Source of the DNA: Salpingoeca rosetta
Taxonomy: Eukaryota > Protista > Choanoflagellata
Direction: 5' to 3'
Assembly: GCA_033442325.1 (NCBI GenBank)
Contig: JAWQFM010000021.1
Location: forward strand, 406,040-470,039
Length of the DNA: 64,000 bases
Shown here: piece by piece, positions 56,843-64,000 of the stretch
How the letters are laid out: each line of letters begins with the position of its first letter
Position numbering within the stretch: the stretch's first letter is position 1
Notes under the pieces: generated by a model
The model's input: the letters and a program-made list of their open reading frames with translations, nothing else
Told to the model about the DNA's origin: nothing
Databases searched by the model: none
Translations under genes and position numbers: made by a program

Positions 56843-56933
56843 ATGCTGCGGCGCTTGGCGAGCATCCTTGGTGAGTGTGAGTGCGTCCTTTGTGTGTGTG
56901 CGTGTGTCCTTGGTGAGAGTGAGAGAGAGAGAG

Positions 56934-56964
<31 letters not shown>

Positions 56965-56967
56965 CGT

Positions 56968-56998
<31 letters not shown>

Positions 56999-57000
56999 TT

Positions 57001-57034
<34 letters not shown>

Positions 57035-58586
57035 GGTTGAGACGTTAAAGGTCTTTGCAAGTGTGTTTGTGGATGTGTGCGTGCGTGTGTTTGTGCACGT
57101 GGTTGTTCCTGCTTCACTCCGTCTTCTCACCTCAACCACTCTCTCCCCTCAACCACGCCACAATCCATCCATGAATTGATGAAATCATGACATTGACACA
57201 GCCAGAGGCTCTCCGGAGCCACGCACTGAGGAAGAACCACCAGACGAGCATGTTGTGATTCCCCCCTCGGTGCAGGCCTTCTATCCCACCCATTTCCTCA
57301 ACGATTACGTGCAGGACGAGCCCGCCCCTTTCCCCTTGCACAAGGTAATCAAGAGCAGGCCACACACAACCTGCTTGCTTCCATCCACCCTTGTATCTTT
57401 TCACCCACCCTTCCTTCCCTCCCCTCCCTTCCTTCCTTCCTTCACCCACCCTTCCTTCCCTCCCCCCTCCCCTCCTTCCTTCCTCCCTCCCTTTCTTACT
57501 TCCTCCCTCCCTCCCTCCCTTTCTTACTTCCTTGTTGGGCGTTTTGGTTACCGCACGCAGCACTCCAGCTCATACGTGTAATGCTGTATCGCATTGTGTT
57601 CAGGATGATGACAGCTCGCGCTGGCTCCGCCTGACGTTGCTGCGCGCTCGATACGAGGCATACCTCGACTATGACATCAGCAGCAACCTCCCAGACGCCC
57701 AGGAATTCCTCCTCTTGTACGTGTGATTGTGTGTATTGGTTGAGGTGCAGCTGTGAAGGTGCATTCATGCAGCGTGAGCGGTTTGCGAGGATGCACATGG
57801 CCATGACAATGCTTTATTTTTACCCGACCGATCACTCGCTCACCCGATGCTCATCATCATCATCATCACCACCATCACCATCATCATTACCCCTACCGCC
57901 ATCATCCTCATCAACACGCACCCCGACCACTGCCGCTGCCACCTTTGACAGCGTGTTCACGCACTACCGCAACGATCCGGAGGTGCTGAGCGACCTGCTG
58001 CTGATGATGATCCGCACAAGCGCCGAGCTGCAGCAGACACCGGGCCTCCAACGCAGCAACCTCTACTTCGACTCCCGCTGGCTCAAGCTCCTGCCGCTGC
58101 TTGTCGAGGAGCTCGATAAGGCTTTTGATGATGAGCCTGAAGGGTACATCGCGCGCGAACTCGTGCCATGGATCTCAAGCATCATCTTCCACGCCGGGCC
58201 CTCTGCCGATATGTACCTCGACCGAGAACGTGCGTCACATGTCTGTTGCACAGAGGCAAAGGGAGGCAGAGGCGAGGGGATGCGTGTGTGTTTTGTTGCG
58301 CTCAGTTTTGTTTCAATGAATGCCGGTGTGCCTGACGTGGTTCCTGCATGTTTGTGACTGCGTACGTGCTTATGGTGTCAACACATCCGCACATGCATAT
58401 GGGCTCATCGCCACCTGTCCCACACGCCCCATCTTTACCATCACCACCACCAGGCGCCGTGTCGGTGCTGCTGCGCATCACAAAGTCCAGGTGCATCGGC
58501 GCCTCGCTCGCCGCTATCGTCCTCGCCCGCCTGGTCTGCACACGCACACACACACACACACAATGCTGCTGACATACGTGTATTCG

Positions 58587-58622
<36 letters not shown>

Positions 58623-58978
58623 CTGTGTGGCTGTGTGTGTGTGTGTGTGTGCGTACATCTCAGTCTTTACTGTATGCCTGCCCTTCCTATACGGCTGCGG
58701 TTGCATGCGACCACCATGTCCACTCTACTGGCACCCTGCCGTTCTCATCCATCACCACTTCTTCCTCTTCCCTTCAATGTGCAATGGCAGTACGGCGACG
58801 ATGCCGATCTTGCACAAGAGATTCTGTGCTGTGAACGCGACCTCAAAATGTGCATCCAATGTGAGCCCATGCCTGCAAGCATGCATGCATGCTTGCATGG
58901 TGTTTACGTTCCGCTGTGTGATTTGTTCTTCTTGACGCGCTTCCAATCGCCGCATTCCATGACATGCAACCAACCTCA

Positions 58979-59017
<39 letters not shown>

Positions 59018-59517
59018 CACACGCGCACATCACCACCACGACCACCGCTGCAGCTGCGCTGGACGGGTCTGTGTTTGAGGACCGCGAGTTTGGGTGCGGC
59101 CCCATCTGCGTCGCCCTCGCCCGTATCACCGCACACCAGCACGTCCGACGCGCCTTTGAGGAGCGGCTGCCAGACTTCATCAAGGTGCAGTCGGCAGTTG
59201 CTGTGGTGCAGTGCTTGGTGCTTGGTGCTTGGTGCTAGGTGTTTGGTGCTTGGTGGTGATGTGAGCAGCTGAGGGTGTTGGTCGAGGTAGTGGTGACGAT
59301 GGTTGGTTGGTGCTTGGTGAGATGGCATCAGTGGAAAGTATTCATGTTGCTTGTGCCATCTATCGCCAACCACCGCTGGTGTTGCTACCCTCCCACCCCT
59401 TACTGTCCCATCGCACGTGATCGCGTATGGTTGGTGTTGTCGCTGCCAATCAGATCCTGGAGCACAACCTGTGGGGCCCGCGCCATTTTTCCCTCGACTA
59501 CTACCGCATCGCACAGG

Positions 59518-59584
<67 letters not shown>

Positions 59585-60184
59585 TGTCTGTCTGTCTGTG
59601 TCTGTGTCTGTCTGTCTGTCTGTCTGTGTGTGTGTCTGTGTCTGTGTCTGTGTCTGTGTGTCTGTCTGTCTGTGTGTGGTCTCACTTTGCTGCGAGCTTG
59701 TCAACACCTCTCACCGCCCTACCCCCATCTCACCCAAACCTCCCCTTTTCCCCTTCCCCCTCCCCTCGCTCCCTCTCTTATCAACCCCACAGCTGCGTGC
59801 TGTCAGATATTGCGCAACTACGCGTCGTCCATCGTTTCAAACGCGATTTTGCACCGTGATGCAGCGCGCGCGCTGAAGAAGACGGCGCAGGAGCTCGCGA
59901 GCGAGACGGACATGTGTGAAGTTGCGTTCAATCTGCGGGTGGAGGTGCGACGAACGCAGCGCTTGCTGGCAAAAACAGCGAAGCAGCAGCACCACGACAG
60001 TGACAGTGGTGGCAGTGGTGACAGTGGCGAGAACGACAGCAAGAATGATGTTGATGGTGGTGATGATGATGATGGCGGTGTGAGTGAGGCTGCACCAGAC
60101 AGCCAACAAGACGAAGGTGGTGCCGACGATGAACATGGTGATGATGTTGAGGCGCAAGCGGAAGAGAGAGGTGGCTTGTTTTGA
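56843..60184 (+). CDS. Hypothetical helical (possibly ARM-like) protein with acidic tail, multi-exon; start codon is the right-hand TSD
   Basis: Exon 1 ATG CTG CGG CGC TTG GCG AGC ATC CTT G|gtgagt (56843-56870) splices in phase to cag|CC AGA GGC (57202), giving [16 protein letters not shown]... Later exons: [25 protein letters not shown]...[38 protein letters not shown]...GGLF*. Confidence 0.72.
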
Positions 60185-60211
60185 TGTCTGTGTCTGTGGG
60201 CATGTATGTGT

Positions 60212-60281
<70 letters not shown>

Positions 60282-60728
60282 ACGCGATTTGCTGCAGCTT
60301 GTGCTGTTTTCGTTTCCAGCACAGCCCTTCACCTCTCCTCCTCGATGTTTAAGCCTTTGCTTCTTGCTGCACCACCACGTTACCCTAATCTGCCGTAATT
60401 GTATTGCCGCTCCCCACACTACACGTGCGTGTGCTGCCACACGTTGTGTGCTGTGCTGACGTGACAATAGTTTCCAACCAATATAAAGAATGCTTTGGTG
60501 TGCAGGGAAGGCGTTTAATGACAACAGACGAAAAGTAGCAAGCAGCTAGGGCGAACGCAACAGAACAACATATGAGCGGTGACCAAAACAACAACTGCAG
60601 CGCTCAGACACACGCATGCACACACACACACACACGCACGCACGTACACACGTGCATAACAGGGTGCGGATGTCAGTGAAATCAACGAAAGCAACGCAGG
60701 AAACACGTGCACATAATACGCATTGCAC

Positions 60729-60790
<62 letters not shown>

Positions 60791-61104
60791 GTCCTACNNN
60801 NNNNNNNNNNNNNNNNNNNNNNNNNNNNNNNNNNNNNNNNNNNNNNNNNNNNNNNNNNNNNNNNNNNNNNNNNNNNNNNNNNNNNNNNNNNNNNNNNAAA
60901 AAAAAAAAAAGAAAAAAAAAAAAAAAATTGCGAACCTGCATATCGTACCGTCGTACGTCAATAAAAAAATAAAAGGTATAGTGTCCAAAAATCATGTACA
61001 CACGACAGCACATCGGCACCCCGCTAGCGGCGGCAGCACGGGTGCAGATCTTAATAATTCACATAAGTCGACGCAGAATAATCAGCCACATATTGCCTTG
61101 CACT

Positions 61105-61166
<62 letters not shown>

Positions 61167-61200
61167 CCTTACGCCAACATGTGTGCACGTGCGTGTGTGT

Positions 61201-63645
61201 TTAGATGCGGTTGTAGGTGCTGCGGTCCTTGGAGCGAAGACGCGAGACGTACAGGAACACAATGAGAACAACAAACAGCGCCCCAATGATGCCCCCGGCA
61301 ATGGCACCTGGCACACGGTCATCCCGCAACGTCAAGGGAGGGAGGGGGCGAATGAGATTCAGTGTTGATGTGAGATGTGTGGAACTGGTGCACACGAGAC
61401 GAGCGAGGCATCTGAACACAGTGTACTGCGACACAAACACGACACACACACACACACACACGAGCACACACACACACACACACCTGTCTCGCTGCTGATG
61501 TTGTGCCGTGGATAGGTCGCACAACCCTGTTCACAAAAACCATACATGGGCAGGGGACATGTCATTGAGTACGACAACCAATGCCCTTCTTGCTCGTGTT
61601 GTCTCGTCTTGGTTCTCCCTGCCATCGTCCATCACACCTTTCAACAAATCAAACTCGCTCATGATCAACACCAAGCACACCAACACAACACAAGCACCAC
61701 AAACACCAGCACCAACACCAGCATGAACACCACCACCAGCACCGCCACAAACACCAAACACACCAGCACAACACAAGCACCACAAACACCAGCACCAACA
61801 CCAGCATGAACACCACCACCAGCACCGCCACAAACACCAAACACCACCACGACCACCAACACCGCTCGGACCTGCAGGTTTTCTTGGAAGTTGAGGACAT
61901 ATGTTGCGTCGTGCAGTGGATTGCACTCGTCCGTCTGCGCAATTTGAATCCGCGACCCGCAGTTGTGGCACGCGCTCTGACACACGTGTGAAGGTGAATG
62001 TGCGTGTGATTGTGTGCGTGTGATTGTGTGTGTGTGAATGTGTAATGAGTGTATGTGTGTGAATGTGTGTATGTGTGTGTGTGTGGAGATGAATGTATGA
62101 TTTTGAATCGATGACACTTGACATGCGAGGCGACACCAGCAAGCAATGCACCAACGCGCAGGTCACCTTCAAGCACGCCACGTGTACAGCCAACAATGCA
62201 CCGACATCGGCGACATGCGTACATCGTGACAGTCCAGGTACAGGTTAATGCCTTCCTTCACCGCCTCGACCTTCTGGTACAGCGTGCTCACGGCCGGCTG
62301 CGCTCATGTGGTCGTGATTGTGTGTGCATGTGTACATGTGTGTGCGTATGTGAGTGAGTGAGCAAGTCAGACACACACATGCACACACATGCACACACAT
62401 GCACACACACATGCACACACACATACACACACAGGCGCTCCGGTCTCTCGATGTACCTTGCGGCATGTGCTGTCGGCGCGACCCAAATTCTGACAACAAC
62501 AGAGTGAATGGGTGGTGCAGCATGAATGTCAGCACGATTGCAAATACAATGACACAACTGTGACATGAGAGACGCAACACAGGCGTACAACACACACAGA
62601 CACACACACGTACACACACACACGCGCACACACGTGCACAGGCAAAGCACACACGTGCACACCTGGATGGTGGCTGTTGCGTTGCCGCCAAGCGTGCAGG
62701 CGTTGCTGCCAAAGTACTGGAACATGAGCAGTTCTGGAAGGGACGGGCGTGGAATATCGCCGGGTCCAATGCACGCGCCCTCACTGCGCTGCACAGAGGC
62801 GCTGAAGAGGTAGGAGCCCGTGTCGGTCTGCCCAAAAGTGTCCGCCACCTCGAAACACTCTGTGGTCAGCTTGCGTTTCAGCTCGGCGCCACAACTGTGA
62901 GGGCGTGGTTGGAAACACGTTGTGTGGTAGATGGTCGTGATGAGCACAGCGTGTAGTGTGTAGTGTGTGTGTGTGGATGGGTTTCGGCCTGCTCGCCTGT
63001 CCGTCTGTCGGCGCGCTTGCAGTCATCTGGGTTGCAGAATGAACCCCAATCATCGCCCCCCGCCCACCCCCAAATGCCCAGAAGTGAGTACACGCACTTG
63101 GTACAGGTGTCGTCCTTGCAGAACAGGCTGCCCGTGACTTTGTCCTTTGTTGCTGTTGATGGAGTAAACAAACGCATGGCACAACAAGCCATGGCGTGAG
63201 CGCAGGTTTGTGCTCAATTATGCAAAAGCATCATCACACCACTGTACGGGGGGGGGGACACCCGACTTGTGGGACGAGCAAACCCTGCTCCCGAAGCAAA
63301 ACAGCAGTGACAAGCAAACCAACGAACTCGGTGTCGTCGCTGCACAGGCACACCCACTCCCTCGAGCTTACCATCGTAGGTCAGCTTGTAGTAAGAAGGC
63401 TTTGGATCTGAGAAGATGGTGAGCTCTGGGAGTTGGTGACAACGTCCATCGAGCTTTTCCACCTGCACCACCATGGCCAACGAGTTGATTGTCTCCATAC
63501 GACACGTGCTGCTCGGTGGGAGGAGTTGTGTGTGTATGTGTGCATGTGATTGTGTGAGTGCGAGCGAGAGAGAGAGTGTGTGTATGTGATTGTGTGTGTG
63601 TGTGTTCCGGCAAAGAATGGCACCAAAGACGAGCAACAGGCAGTT

Positions 63646-63707
<62 letters not shown>

Positions 63708-63812
63708 GCACAACGTACTCCGAGTCTTGGAAGAGGGAGATGGTCAAGTTTTCATCCTCTGCAATTGTTGTGCCAGCAAGCAGCACAACAGCCACAACAA
63801 CAACTGCAAACC
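61201..63812 (-). CDS. Type I membrane protein with two Cys-rich repeats and a C-terminal YxxPhi tail; start beyond window end
   Basis: Signal-like FAVVVVAVVLLAGTTIA. Exons TCRMETIN...YYKLTYD, VTGSLFCKDDTCTK|CG, ...NACTLGG, NLGRADSTCRK, INLYLDCHD|SACHNCG...ECNP. TM GAIAGGIIGALFVVLIVFLYV, tail SRLRSKDRSTYNRI* (TAA 61201). Confidence 0.78.
61668..61845. repeat. Intronic tandem duplication of a ~84-bp unit (about 2.1 copies)
   Basis: cacaacacaagcaccacaaacaccagcaccaacaccagcatgaacaccaccaccagcaccgccacaaacaccaaacac occurs twice, 84 bp apart. Confidence 0.85.
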
Positions 63813-64000
63813 TGCACACGGCAATGTCCCACGCGCAAGCAGTGTGAGGCGGCCAAAAGGGTGTTCAAGTACAGAGAGAGAGAGAGAGAGAATGACAACC
63901 ACACACACACACACACAGAATGACACGCGCGCACATGCACACGCACACACACACACACACACACACAGCATGACTACCATAGCAAGCACAGCACAGCACA

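Noticed and set aside
60898-60927. Poly-A tract as a retroposon tail
   Set aside because: It borders a gap, with no TSD or element body visible; it lies between convergent 3'UTRs.
61535-61665. Short coding-looking stretch MSEFDLLKGVMDDGREN on the minus strand
   Set aside because: Flanking exons (ENLQ|GCATYP) splice in phase without it, so it is likely intronic.

Overview
Eukaryotic, intron-rich DNA full of (CA/TG)n microsatellites and poly-Q/T/D tracts, with five assembly gaps. The style and gene content suggest a choanoflagellate such as Salpingoeca rosetta (inferred, not verified). By manual splicing I find about 12 host genes: a very large BLTP2/Hobbit/FMP27 lipid-transfer gene (runs off the left edge), STK19, a stand-alone DUF1232 protein, an intronless orphan ORF, a purple acid phosphatase, a receptor tyrosine kinase, RINT1/TIP20, RSPRY1, a DUF4807-like gene, SARAF/TMEM66, an unknown helical protein and a Cys-repeat type I membrane protein (runs off the right edge). 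The most notable feature is an apparently intact 3,326-bp Sola-type DDD DNA transposon (53517-56842). It has perfect 34-bp TIRs, a 4-bp ATGC target-site duplication and a 4-exon, ~731-aa transposase. It sits exactly on the predicted start codon of a host gene, so the duplication regenerates the ATG but cuts the gene off from its promoter. It also lies immediately next to a host sequence that resembles its own terminal repeat. Exon boundaries were read by eye and family calls come from recalled motifs, not database searches.
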